Shown: piece by piece, positions 12,101 to 21,681 of the stretch
How the letters are laid out: each line of letters starts with the position of its first letter
Position numbering within the stretch: position 1 is the stretch's first letter
Assembly: GCF_026571515.1 (NCBI RefSeq)
Contig: NW_026856887.1
Coordinates: forward strand, 124,001-188,000
Origin: Ruditapes philippinarum
Taxonomy: Eukaryota
DNA: 64,000 nucleotides
Direction of reading: 5' to 3'
Notes under the pieces: model-generated
Seen by the model: the letters and a program-made list of their open reading frames with translations, nothing else
Databases searched by the model: none
Told to the model about the DNA's origin: nothing
Program-made: the position numbers and the translations under genes

Positions 12101-15100
12101 CTCTGAAATTAAAAAATGGTAGGTACATTGACAGTAATAATATTAAATGAGTGAAATCAATTTTCTGCAAGAGCAAACAATATCTAGTTGGGAAAAGTAG
12201 TTGTATTTGCTAGCCATATGATTATGTATTGTGATAATTCTACACATGAATCCAAAAAGAACAACCACACGCGTACATTCAGTTATTTTTTTTAATATTC
12301 AAATCGATTTCGAACAAATATGTTCTTCGTCAGTGAATAAACAGGAAGTGAATAAACAGGAAGAGACGTCACATGACGTCACCGTCCGAGATGGCGGGAA
12401 ACATACATTATTACGTTACGTTATATTAAATTTCATTAAAAATTAATAAAGTTAATAAAGATTTCGATATATATGTATATAAACATTCACGGATTATGAA
12501 ATACAAGTATTTCCTATATAAAATACATAAAAAACAATAATAGGAAACAACGTGAATGTTACGTAACGTGTATACATGCATAAAACAGATGAAATATTAT
12601 ATTGGAAAAAAGTATATAACCATTTATAATGGAATGTCTACGCAAAAGAACTTACGGAAATAATTAAATGTCGTATATAATTTTTGCATTTAACCCAGCT
12701 GGTGAAAACGTCTTAAGCTTATGAATCCAGTAGGTTTCTCTACATAGACGCTCCATTGTGTCGCTGACAATCTCAAACGGTAAAAATGAAAAGTCATTAA
12801 ATGAATGATCAATTGAGTTAAAATGCGTTGCAACAAGAGTTGAAAACGCTGGATCTTTGAAATTTGTAATATCAAATTTATGACTATTCATTCTACGTGA
12901 AACCGGTTGAGATGTCTGGCCAACATATTGCATATTGCATTTTTGACAGGAGATTAAATAAATAACATTATTTGTAGAACAGTTTGTAGGGTTTCTCAGT
13001 GTGTATTTTTCGCCTGTGACACTGCTTGCAAAAGATACATCCGAAGTAATTCGATTACAATGAGAACATCTACTTCTGCTACAAGGAGAAGATGAATGAA
13101 TTGACATTTGCTTTGAAAAGCTAGAATGCACAATATGATCACGGATATTTTTGGGTCTCTTAAACGCAACAATAGGTTTGTAAGTCTCATAAACATATTT
13201 TACAGTTTCACTTTTTGACAACTTTAGTAAGTCCCAATATTTGTTTAAAACGTGACCAATGTTAGGAAGATGAGGATTATAAGTAACAACAAATGGTATG
13301 ACAAAATTAGATTGGCTACTTTCTGTGAGTCGCAGTGCCTCATTTTGACTCATAGAATTAATTTTCTCAAATGCATTGTCAATTACTTCTTTCGGGTATT
13401 CACGTTTCAGAAAAAAGTCTTTCAAATCAACTAGAGAGTCCTTGAATGTACTGTCATCGGATATTATTCTGCGGTAACGCTTGCCTTGACTGTATGGTAT
13501 ACCATTCTTGCATGCTTTTGGGTGACAAGAGGTATAATGAAGATACTGATGATTATTAGTGTTTTTCACGAATATGTTCGTTGAAAGAGTGCAATTATTT
13601 TTGGAAACACGCACATCAAGAAAATCAACACTTGAACTGGAAATGGTTTGCGTAAACTTAATCGTCGGATGAAAATCATTTAGATCACGAATGAAATTCT
13701 CGAGTTCCTCGCGAGTATCGTCCCAGATTAGAAAAATGTCATCCAGGAAACGTAGCCACAGCGTCGGTTTGATATTTCGTGACTCGATAAAGTCCTTTTC
13801 CAGTTTCCCCATGAACAGGGAGGCATATGCTGGCGCCATTTTTTTTTTTTTTTTTTTTTGATAATTCTACACGTAATCATTGAATTGCACTATCACTTAT
13901 TCACAAGTATACTATAAACACTGCTGTAAATTTGGGAAATTTTGGTGTCAACAAAATAATGTGAACAAAGGTAATTCATGAGCACTTTCTTACTTATAAT
14001 AGAGCATATGCTAATTATTATCATGTACTTTGGTGGAAAATGGATTATGGTATGAATTTCTTTAAAGTGTTATTATTGTCAGATAGTTAACAAGTTTCTG
14101 TGACATAACACATATATTTTATATAAACCATCTAAGATGTACTAAAATGGAAAATATTACCGAAAATAAAAATCTCATTAACATTTCCCAATCAAAAGTG
14201 TTAATTGAATTACTCAAATATGTAACTTCTGTTTAAATATGCCATATTTTGCTATGAAATTTATGTGATAAACACTTGCATAGAACAGAAACTACTCATG
14301 TAAGCATTAATAATGTCACGGTTTAGAACTTTTCACTACTTAGGGAAGAAGATGTGTAAGCAGCCAGATAGCTCAGTCGGTAGAGCCATAGTAGGGTATT
14401 CCTATGGTCACGGGTTCGAGTCCCGGTCAGGCTGCACTTTTTTCTCACCCTGTGCCATTCCCTGTACAAAATAGCTCCCAGTAAAAATTACTTTGTGTAT
14501 ACACTTAAAGAAATCGAAAGTAATCTTACCACTCCTCGTTCTGGGCAAATAAATATAATTGTAGTAGAAGGTTTTGTGGTACATCCAGCCATTGCCTCTG
14601 AATTTGGCGATACATATTTCAACACCAGCCTCCCATCAGTTCCACGTTTAAGATCCTCAGTTACTTCACCGAGACCCATGAATACACCGTTAGATTTCCT
14701 GCATGCTGCGTGTGTGGAGGGACATCCAGTGGTAAGAGGATCTGCAGGCAAAAATATCTTTAAGAATATACTTTAACATTTACCAATACATTTGACAAAC
14801 AATTTTAATCAATAAGATTTATGAAAGTTTGTTAAATATATATAATTAATAACATTCGTGTGAATTTGTCAAGTTAATTAATGAGTGGTGGTGTAATGCA
14901 GATTGGCAAAAATTTATTTGCTTATTGTTGATGACCTTAATGAAACAATTAATTCAAAAAGAAACAAGTTACCAAATACCTTAACATTTAAAAACATTAT
15001 CACAAGATTGAAATTTTTTATAGAAAAAGATTCATACATTTTTTTTATTTCTATTTATTTACCATGCATGCAGATACTCATATTACGATGCCTTTAGAGA

Positions 15101-18100
15101 GTAGTTGTTATTTTCTAATAAATGTATGATTCAGCAGTTGTCCCCATTCAAAAGGTGACACTTGTTCAACTACATGCCCACTATTTTTATTGCCCAGACT
15201 ATGGCACCAATACAAGGGACTTTGGTTTTCAAAACCTTGATTTTCAAATTCTTAACCAAAACAACTTGGTTTTCAAAATCTTGTTGAAACATCCATGCTA
15301 TAGTTACATGCCTTGGACAGTGACTTCCAATTCTGCTCTCAAATTATTGTGTGAAGTTTTAAGCAATATCATTACTGGTTGATGAGATATGAATACAAAA
15401 CATTATCCAAAGTGTCATGCTGATGCAGTAATTTTTTTTCTTGTATTTTACAGCAGAACAAAGGCTGTTTCCCCTAGCTCAAAATAGGTATATTTTCTCA
15501 TAAAAAAGCATTTATTTTTTCCTGAAATGCCTTGTGCACTTCTTTATCAGAACCATTACTTAACAGCATCTGACTTATTACATCAGCTAGAAGACAGAAA
15601 GCTGTCCCTATAGCCTCTGCTGTGTACCATGCATGTTAAATTGAATTGAAATTGAAAATTTTATCAAATGTGTGGGTAAATTCCATTCTCAGATGTTCGA
15701 ATTTGATTTTCCCCTTTTCTGATTTATGGCGCTATATTTTCCCCTTCAGAAAGCTACAGTTGTTTTGAAAATTGAAAAAAAATCACTGTGATGACAATGC
15801 TGGTGCCGACGCCAGGGCGAGCAGGACAGCCCTACTTTTCTTCCAATAGTCCAGCTAAAAATGAAACAAATAAATACATCAAAATAACCTGCTTCTATAT
15901 CTCTGCATACATTAATGTAAACGTCTGTATCTAATTCTGATGACACCAAATAACCTCCCTTAGTTTTTGCCAGGGGAGACAAATCATATCTGTTTCCGCT
16001 GTCATCATACAAGTAACATTTTACTTCTTTCTCTGTGTTGCGAGTTTTACAATATAAATTAGTCTCCCATTCAAAATAGCTCACACATGATGTGAAGTCA
16101 AGAAAAACAGGCGACCCCTGAAAAAACAAAAACACAAATTTTGGGAAAAAATGCATTAACTTTTATGATTTGGTATTTATCTTTAATGAAATGAAATTAC
16201 ATGTTATGCTAAAGAACATACTTTGTTGTTAAAATTTAGAAAGACAAACAAGTTTGTTTACATAAAGAATATAATAAAGATAAACAGTCATTCAGCTTTT
16301 CAAAATCTTACATTTAAAATGCCTGGTATCTCATCCCTAATATATCTAGGTCATTTTAACTGTTGTAACTGTAAGATTCAATTCAATTGCACTTATAAAC
16401 AAACAATTTGTAAAACTTACTGTTTGAAAGTACAGAACCAAACTTTCTTATTTTGAAATGAAGACCTTATTAATTAGTATGACATAATAGTGACAACCTT
16501 CTTCAACAAAAATTGTTACATGTTTTTACCTGACAATATCAGAAGACATGAATAAAATATTTAAGATCTTACCAAAGTTGGACCACACTTAAAGTTGATA
16601 GAAGTTGTCAGATTGTATACATTGTCGACAGGACATGGATCTCCTGCCAAGATAATCCACGACTCTCCAAGATCATTATTTGATCCACCAGTCAGCTCCG
16701 GGGCACTCACATTAAAATTGCCTGCTGAATAGTATGCCGTGTCATTGTATTTCATACAAACAGAGGTTCCTGTCGCACAAGAGCTGCCGCCTGCACCATT
16801 TGGCTTTAGTGGGGAACACAGGCTTATCTGGTAGGAGATGTTCTCATTCACAGAGTCATCTGTCCATGACTGCCATGTGCTGTGAATATACAAGTTAAGT
16901 GGTTAGACCTGATTGCTTGGCGCAAAATATAAAAAATGTTAAAAAAAAACCAATGCTCTGCTCACCATAGGCTATATATTTTGACTTTGTGTAGATATAA
17001 AATGTTTGTAAAATGTGTAAAAGTTTTAACCAAATACAAAACACAAATTTTTATGAACAAATTCTTATAGAATTGTTTTATTTAAAAATAACCTAAATTA
17101 GCCTATACCTTATTAAAAGTTACACCTGTTTAGATGCAGATATTTTATTTGGTAGACCCAGACTTACTAACCTTTTGCCTAATTCTCTCAAGTCAATAGT
17201 CCAATATACTGTATCAGACATTTCAGACTTGTTATAAGCCTTCCCAGAAGCAAAAATATCTTAAAGCTACATTATATTTATAGGACTATTGAGACACATA
17301 ACAATGCAGGAAGTTTATTAAATACTGTAAAATATTAGATAAATGGACAATTAAAAGAAAGTGACCACTCTACAAAGTTATTAGTTCTCTTGTTGTTGTG
17401 AACATGGGTCAAATAGTCTTTTCTTTATCAGACTTAGTCAATAATTATGTAAAATGGTCTGACTTGTGGTAGGTTAAACTGTAAATTTAAATACCTTTAG
17501 TATCAAACAATGTGTTGAAATATATACTCAGACAAAGCTAAGATCACAATTTTTTCATTGGTGTAATAAAATTTTAAAATCGGACATTAAATCACCCCAC
17601 ACCGGCTAAATTTGTATTGTTTTAGCATTAAAGATATCGATTTTACATGAAGATAAAGGTAACAACTTGTATTTTTTCACTCGATATACCTCGATATTTA
17701 CGTAGTTCATATATAGACTGGCAATGGGTGTATAAGATTATGCAATAAACTATTTTCTTCAGTTTAGAGAATCATTAGGCGAGATAAAATGACACAATAA
17801 TTACCAACTCTGAATGGCCTACAAACCATCTTCTCATATCTAACTGATTGATAAATATTAATGTGATTTGTTATATGCAGATCTACATAAGATTAAAACT
17901 GATGAACCACAGACAAAGTTAAACCAGGGTTCTATTTCATTTTGAAAGACCCTGGTTAACCAATAACCTAATTTGCATTTCATTCCAATTGCTGGAAAAT
18001 TCTCCTCTAATTACATGTCACTTTATGAAACCTAAATCGATCAACAATTCTTAAAAGCAAACCTTGTTTTTTCCTTAACAATCTTATGTAAAAAATTAGG

Positions 18101-20597
18101 ACAATCGAAGTGACTCAAAATCACACACATGACTTGTTCATCAATCAGTGTGTGTTCATGTTTATAATTTGTGAATTTATCATTTTTCCTTACCCATTTA
18201 AAGCCGAGAGATCTGTATTTTCGTGCTTGCATTCAAACCCGACACAAAAATCTGGTACTGCAACTAAATGAAAGACAATGACAAGGAAATAAAGCGAATT
18301 TGTTAATAACAACGTCATGTTTTCATTTCTTCCTTTTACAAGTTCGCCATTTGTAATCGTAATCATCACATGACTTTCACGTGACAAACTTAACTTAAAT
18401 ACTGAAAAGATTTCTTTTTCGCGAATCGAACTTTAAACAAGACCTGTTATGGAATTACATTGTTGGCAGAATCTCATTTGTTTTAATGATCAACATTATT
18501 TTTTGTCCAATCACATTGTAGTATTTTTGAAATTTCTGCTAAGTCTAACTTTGGTTAATGTGTACTAACTAAATAAAATTTACTTAATCTGTCGTCTAAC
18601 CAGTCTAACAAATTTCAATAATGCATTATATTAGGGAGGAGTTAGAGGTGTGATTTGCACTCTGAATTGTAAAATATCTAAGGTTATCAACACAATGCCA
18701 ACGTAAAAAACAATTAAGCGAGGTCAGGTGTTTCTAAATGTGAGGATTATGTAACAATCAATTAATTTATTACATAGATAATACATGTTAGGCACGCAGA
18801 GACAAATGATTACATAGTAACTTTTTATATCCTTTTAACTCTAAGAAAAATGTCTGTTATAAATTGCTGACTGTTTTAAACTTCTTCTTTTTTCTAGAAA
18901 ATGTTACCTCTTTCAGTTGATAGGATTATGAACTGCATTAACAATCCTTGATATTAAGAATACAATGATTACATTTTTTGGCTGGAAAACTCATTGTAAA
19001 TGGAAAACACAGAAAAACTGTTTTTCAAATGGGATTTGAAATGTTAAGTGAATAACTTAAAGCTAATAACGAATTTGTATAAATTATTAATCTAATGTAT
19101 TTTCTCACATTTTCCATTTATTTATCAAGGATGTACACATTTCATTAACTCCATTGTTTTTCCTCCCTGTTTTTTCCCCCAGATATTTTATAGAAACATG
19201 ATAGTCTTACTGTAGATAAAGGTATAAATTCTGTGACATTTTAGTAAAAAATTTGCCTGATTATTTGTTGATAGGGCCATTTATTTATCTTATCTAAATT
19301 TGACATGTTTGAAACTTGACAAGGTGTAGACATCTTGTAGAGCGAAAGGGCGGAGCTATCGGTGATTTAGTGAAATGCCTTGTTTTTGGTTGAAAAAATA
19401 ATGTTGATCATTAAATAGGTTAATGTTTAATAATATGCATTAACAAAAATAATTGGTCGCCTGCCTGCGGCAGGCTTGACCAATTATTTTTGTTAATACA
19501 TATTATTAAACACTAACCTATACTAAATTGTCGGCAGCATCCCATTTATTTAAATACTAGAATTGTAGCATTTCATTCTCTAGCCATTCTCTAGCCGAAT
19601 TCCTCCATAATTTTTTAATTTTATTTTAGTGACTTAATATATATAGCCTAGCTATAGTCTTCAGTATAGAGATGTAGATAACAAGTTATTAAAAAAGAAA
19701 AAGAAAATTGTATTCACAATTCAAGTTAAAAGTAACACTCAATTAATATTTTATTATTTGTTGGTGCAACTTAAAACTCACAGAGCTGAAAAGTTCAACA
19801 TTATTCTGTAATGTCTAAAAAATAGAAAGAATTTAGGTTCTAGGCATTTTTTAAAGCTGCATGTAACAGCAGTATGTCGGATTTACGAATTTGTTGTTCG
19901 CACCACAATAGAATTTTATTGAACGACTTAAACATGTTTACGTTGAAATAAAACAGTTGCACTAACTTTATCTTCCTGTGAAACTTTTCCAAAAATATTT
20001 TTTAAAAACTAAATTGATCCAGAAAATTGATTACAATGTTTACTTAGAACAGGGTCTTTCAAAATAACTGGCCGAGCTGTCTCGGCTGAGTCATGTGAAC
20101 GACCTTGCGTGATATAAGAACAGAGCTTTGGTATGACCAGGTATATATATTAACATATTATGTAATAGAAAGAGCACCGAAACACGAGGCTATCTGATTT
20201 GTACGAGGGGGGCGTAGCCCCCCGAGTATTAATCAGATTGCCGAGTGTTTTGGTGTTCTTTCTCTTTTGTATCATAGCATGTTCCCTGTTGTCACAATAT
20301 GAAAACCCGGCAAAAATGAACCAATGAACGAACATCTCAATATGACATTTCTGTCGCTTTCCCTTTCTCTGCCGTCACAGTATGTAAACCCCAGCAAAAA
20401 TGAGCCAATCAATGGTCATGCTCTGGAGTGCGGGTAACTAATACCCGCACTCCAGTTAACGCACTGTGCATGTATATGTATACGATTTAACCCTGACACA
20501 TTTTCAACAGAAAGGTCTCCAAACTATGATACAAATATAATATACGTACCTGGTATGACATAGAGTGTCACTATAAAAATCAAATCATAACAATCAT
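27..20597 (-). CDS. IGF2R: Cation-independent mannose-6-phosphate receptor / IGF2R-like gene, 5' part (15 exons in window, continues past left edge)
   Basis: Repeated MRH-domain motifs (YDLSPL, YYINVC, FEW.T.YAC) across a chain of GT-AG exons whose phases all match. Domain-5-like stretch [30 protein letters not shown] closely resembles vertebrate CI-MPR repeat 5. Confidence 0.92.
209..1395. mobile_element. Non-autonomous TIR DNA element (TA TSD)
   Basis: TA-CTGTAACCCAA..ATATTCGCGA at the left end and TCGCGAATAT..TTGGGTTACAG-TA at the right end; subterminal ATTCGCG repeats; no transposase ORF. Confidence 0.75.
684..755 (-). pseudogene. tRNA-derived sequence inside the TIR element
   Basis: Minus strand GCCTGTATAGCTCAGTTGGTTAGA..GGTTCGATACC has A and B boxes; stems are imperfect. 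Confidence 0.55.
2648..2941 (-). CDS. IGF2R: IGF2R-like exon 14
   Basis: tatatag|[38 protein letters not shown]|gtttgt. Confidence 0.93.
3568..3742 (-). CDS. IGF2R: IGF2R-like exon 13
   Basis: ttgtag|[28 protein letters not shown]|gtgagt. Confidence 0.92.
3820..4000. repeat. Degenerate ~40-bp tandem repeat
   Basis: ATCAAATATTT-like core recurs at about 3833, 3873, 3912, 3951 and 3991. Confidence 0.65.
4489..4620 (-). CDS. IGF2R: IGF2R-like exon 12
   Basis: tttacag|[36 protein letters not shown]|gttagt. Confidence 0.92.
4860..5130 (+). mobile_element. Degenerate fragment of the Helentron-like repeat family also at 38655 and 52020
   Basis: Shares TTTTGACC..GGCTATAATTTGAACAATCTTGGTAGAGGTCCA and GGTTGCCATAGCAACCAG motifs with those copies. 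Confidence 0.55.
5275..5427 (-). CDS. IGF2R: IGF2R-like exon 11
   Basis: ttttag|[33 protein letters not shown]|gtaagt. Confidence 0.9.
5547..6643. mobile_element. TIR element with TA TSD, host of a nested TTAA element
   Basis: TA-CTGTATAAGTGG ... CCACTTATACAG-TA. Confidence 0.7.
5877..6513. mobile_element. piggyBac-like MITE (TTAA TSD)
   Basis: TTAA-CCCTTTACCTCATG ... CATGGGGGAAAGGG-TTAA; second copy at 11265-11873. Confidence 0.8.
7553..7687 (-). CDS. IGF2R: IGF2R-like exon 10
   Basis: tttcag|[27 protein letters not shown]|gtaagt. Confidence 0.9.
7921..8130. repeat. ~23-bp minisatellite
   Basis: About 9 copies of CTACACATTATCTGGCCTAAA variants. Confidence 0.85.
8298..8453 (-). CDS. IGF2R: IGF2R-like exon 9
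   Basis: tttcag|[35 protein letters not shown]|gtcagt. Confidence 0.92.
8467..8703. mobile_element. Palindromic (fold-back) MITE
   Basis: ~100-bp inverted arms TGAGCCG..CCAGCATGGATCCAGACCAGCCTGCGCATCCGCGCAGTCTGATCAGGATCCATGCTG and its reverse complement. Confidence 0.85.
9376..9482 (-). CDS. IGF2R: IGF2R-like exon 8
   Basis: aatag|[35 protein letters not shown]|gtaaat. Confidence 0.92.
10618..10816 (-). CDS. IGF2R: IGF2R-like exon 7
   Basis: ctgaag|[35 protein letters not shown]|gtaaat. Confidence 0.88.
11265..11873. mobile_element. Second, more decayed copy of the piggyBac-like MITE
   Basis: Colinear with 5877-6513 (e.g. GGGTTGCCAGAAGGGGGATGTGCCCC, AGTTGCAGCACTTTGAAAT); ends CATGGGGTAAATGG-TTAA. 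Confidence 0.8.
11940..12102 (-). CDS. IGF2R: IGF2R-like exon 6
   Basis: tttcag|[34 protein letters not shown]|gtaaat (not in the ORF track). Confidence 0.9.
12296..12339 (-). ncRNA. Minimal type I hammerhead ribozyme
   Basis: TATTCA CTGACGA A GAACA tatt TGTTC GAAA TCGA TT TGAATA: stem I 6 bp, core CUGANGA/GAAA, stem II 5 bp, palindromic minimal stem III. Confidence 0.8.
12664..13839 (-). CDS. Penelope-like RT C-terminal half + Cys-rich linker + GIY-YIG endonuclease (391 aa, N-terminally truncated)
   Basis: [50 protein letters not shown] linker, VIYLISC..C..QYVGQT..RR..H, E.YWI..L.T..P.GLN. Confidence 0.93.
   Translation of the reverse strand: MAPAYASLFMGKLEKDFIESRNIKPTLWLRFLDDIFLIWDDTREELENFIRDLNDFHPTIKFTQTISSSSVDFLDVRVSKNNCTLSTNIFVKNTNNHQYLHYTSCHPKACKNGIPYSQGKRYRRIISDDSTFKDSLVDLKDFFLKREYPKEVIDNAFEKINSMSQNEALRLTESSQSNFVIPFVVTYNPHLPNIGHVLNKYWDLLKLSKSETVKYVYETYKPIVAFKRPKNIRDHIVHSSFSKQMSIHSSSPCSRSRCSHCNRITSDVSFASSVTGEKYTLRNPTNCSTNNVIYLISCQKCNMQYVGQTSQPVSRRMNSHKFDITNFKDPAFSTLVATHFNSIDHSFNDFSFLPFEIVSDTMERLCRETYWIHKLKTFSPAGLNAKIIYDI
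14314..14457 (+). mobile_element. Short element with TGTCAC/GTGCCA inverted ends carrying a tRNA-like Pol III cassette (14362-14433)
   Basis: AGCCAGATAGCTCAGTCGGTAGAGC..CGGGTTCGAGTCCCG..GGCT followed by a T6 run; anticodon arm is non-canonical. Confidence 0.65.
14530..14741 (-). CDS. IGF2R: IGF2R-like exon 5
   Basis: cctgcag|[31 protein letters not shown]|gtaaga. Confidence 0.9.
15889..16117 (-). CDS. IGF2R: IGF2R-like exon 4
   Basis: tttttcag|[39 protein letters not shown]|gttatt. Confidence 0.9.
16573..16879 (-). CDS. IGF2R: IGF2R-like exon 3
   Basis: ttcacag|[29 protein letters not shown]|gtaaga; phase 2 to 0. Confidence 0.88.
18194..18263 (-). CDS. IGF2R: IGF2R-like exon 2
   Basis: tttcatttag|..(V)[22 protein letters not shown](G)|gtaagg; phase 1 to 2. 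Confidence 0.75.
19416..19520. repeat. ~105-bp near-perfect palindrome (MITE-like)
   Basis: TAGGTTAATGTTTAATAATATGCATTAACAAAAATAATTGGTC..GACCAATTATTTTTGTTAATACATATTATTAAACACTAACCTA with a GC-rich centre. Confidence 0.8.
20423..20455. repeat. Perfect 14-bp GC-rich hairpin
   Basis: CTGGAGTGCGGGTA actaa TACCCGCACTCCAG. Confidence 0.8.
20550..20597 (-). CDS. IGF2R: IGF2R-like putative exon 1 (signal peptide; needs +1 T to read through)
   Basis: Reads [16 protein letters not shown] then G|GTACGT, a phase-1 donor matching exon 2. As assembled, ATG ATT GTT ATG ATT TGA stops unless the TTT run has 4 T. Confidence 0.5.
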
Positions 20598-20905
20598 ACT
20601 CGTAGTTTGTTGTTAAATCGACCGCAGAATTGTTTCATAATCTTATCTCTTTTTTACTTTAAAAAGGATTTTCAATGAATTTAGTGTTCTTAAGCTTCTT
20701 GTTCAATTGTTGAGTTAAAAATTCTATTGAACACATCTTTAAATAGGCCGAGTTTAATAAGCTTTTATTAATTCATTCTTTATTTTATGACAAAGAAAAT
20801 AGAAAGAAATTTTATCTTATAAAGAAAAAAAAAACTGACATATGTAAAGATTTTCTGATCTTCGTTCTGTCACTATGAATACTATGTTGAATGCGGTGCA
20901 TTTTC

Positions 20906-20921
20906 AAAATGGCGCCATTTT
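20906..20921. promoter_or_regulatory. Palindromic double YY1-type motif, candidate IGF2R core promoter
   Basis: AAAATGGCGCCATTTT, ~310 bp upstream of the putative IGF2R ATG. Confidence 0.5.
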
Positions 20922-21327
20922 ACGGCAAAATATTTTAATTTTTTCTTCATGAAATCTGGGTTACTGACATTTATCTGTATCCCAGATGCAATATATATAT
21001 TATGTGGAATATGATGTGTTATTGCACGTCCCAGATTTTACGCACGTAGCAGAAGTGTGTGTGTGTGTTTTTTGTTTTTTTTTCTTCCAAAATACATTTT
21101 AAAATGTGAGAGACACAGATGAATCACACAACTAATAAATACTGTTCTATCAATATAGTGTTTATGTAAATTGGGCAAGGCCGTAATATTTACACACATA
21201 ATGATAATGACTATCAGTTTTAAAAAAAGAGAGCGAGTCACCATTATATTTAACTGATTAGGGTTTATATAGGAAAGTTTATATAGGGCATTTCCAGACC
21301 ATTCTATTTGAAATTAAGTTTTATATT

Positions 21328-21578
21328 GGACATCCGTCGCCGAATGTTTAAGGTCGTTGACTTCGAATCACTTGCCACTCACCGAAGTTCGAATCCCGAC
21401 TTGTTCATGTTAAGAAGCGACCTCGCTAGCTGACGGAACACCGATGCTTCAACTCATATGACCATTCGTGCCTGGAATATTGCATAGAAGGGCATCCGAG
21501 GTTTTCCTCCACCAGTAAAGCTTGAAAGTCGTCGCATGACAAATACTGTGTTGGTGCGACGTAAAACCCAACCAAAAA
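21328..21578 (+). mobile_element. tRNA-derived SINE
   Basis: CCGAATGTTTAAGGTCGTTGACTT..GTTCGAATCCC head, conserved body (TTTTCCTCCACCAGTAAAGCT.GAAAGTCG), A-rich tail; six copies in window. Confidence 0.8.
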
Positions 21579-21681
21579 TGACCACCTTATCTAGTTTTAA
21601 TTCTTTAAATAATGCTAGTACATCAAAATCATGAATACACACTTAAAAAAATGCAGTTTCATTCATCTTTACATGTACAGT

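Larger units (their letters stand above)
12246..13859 (-). mobile_element. 5'-truncated Penelope-like retroelement (probably Neptune clade)
   Basis: RT + GIY-YIG ORF, ~420-nt 3' region with hammerhead motif, flanked by direct repeat TGATAATTCTACAC (12232-12245 and 13859-13872). Confidence 0.92.

Noticed and set aside
14362-14433. Functional tRNA gene
   Set aside because: No canonical 7-nt anticodon loop or variable region, and it sits inside inverted termini; treated as tRNA-derived
20150-20335. [17 protein letters not shown] as IGF2R exon 1
   Set aside because: Hydrophobic stretch is short and I saw no suitable phase-1 donor after it; 20550-20597 fits better
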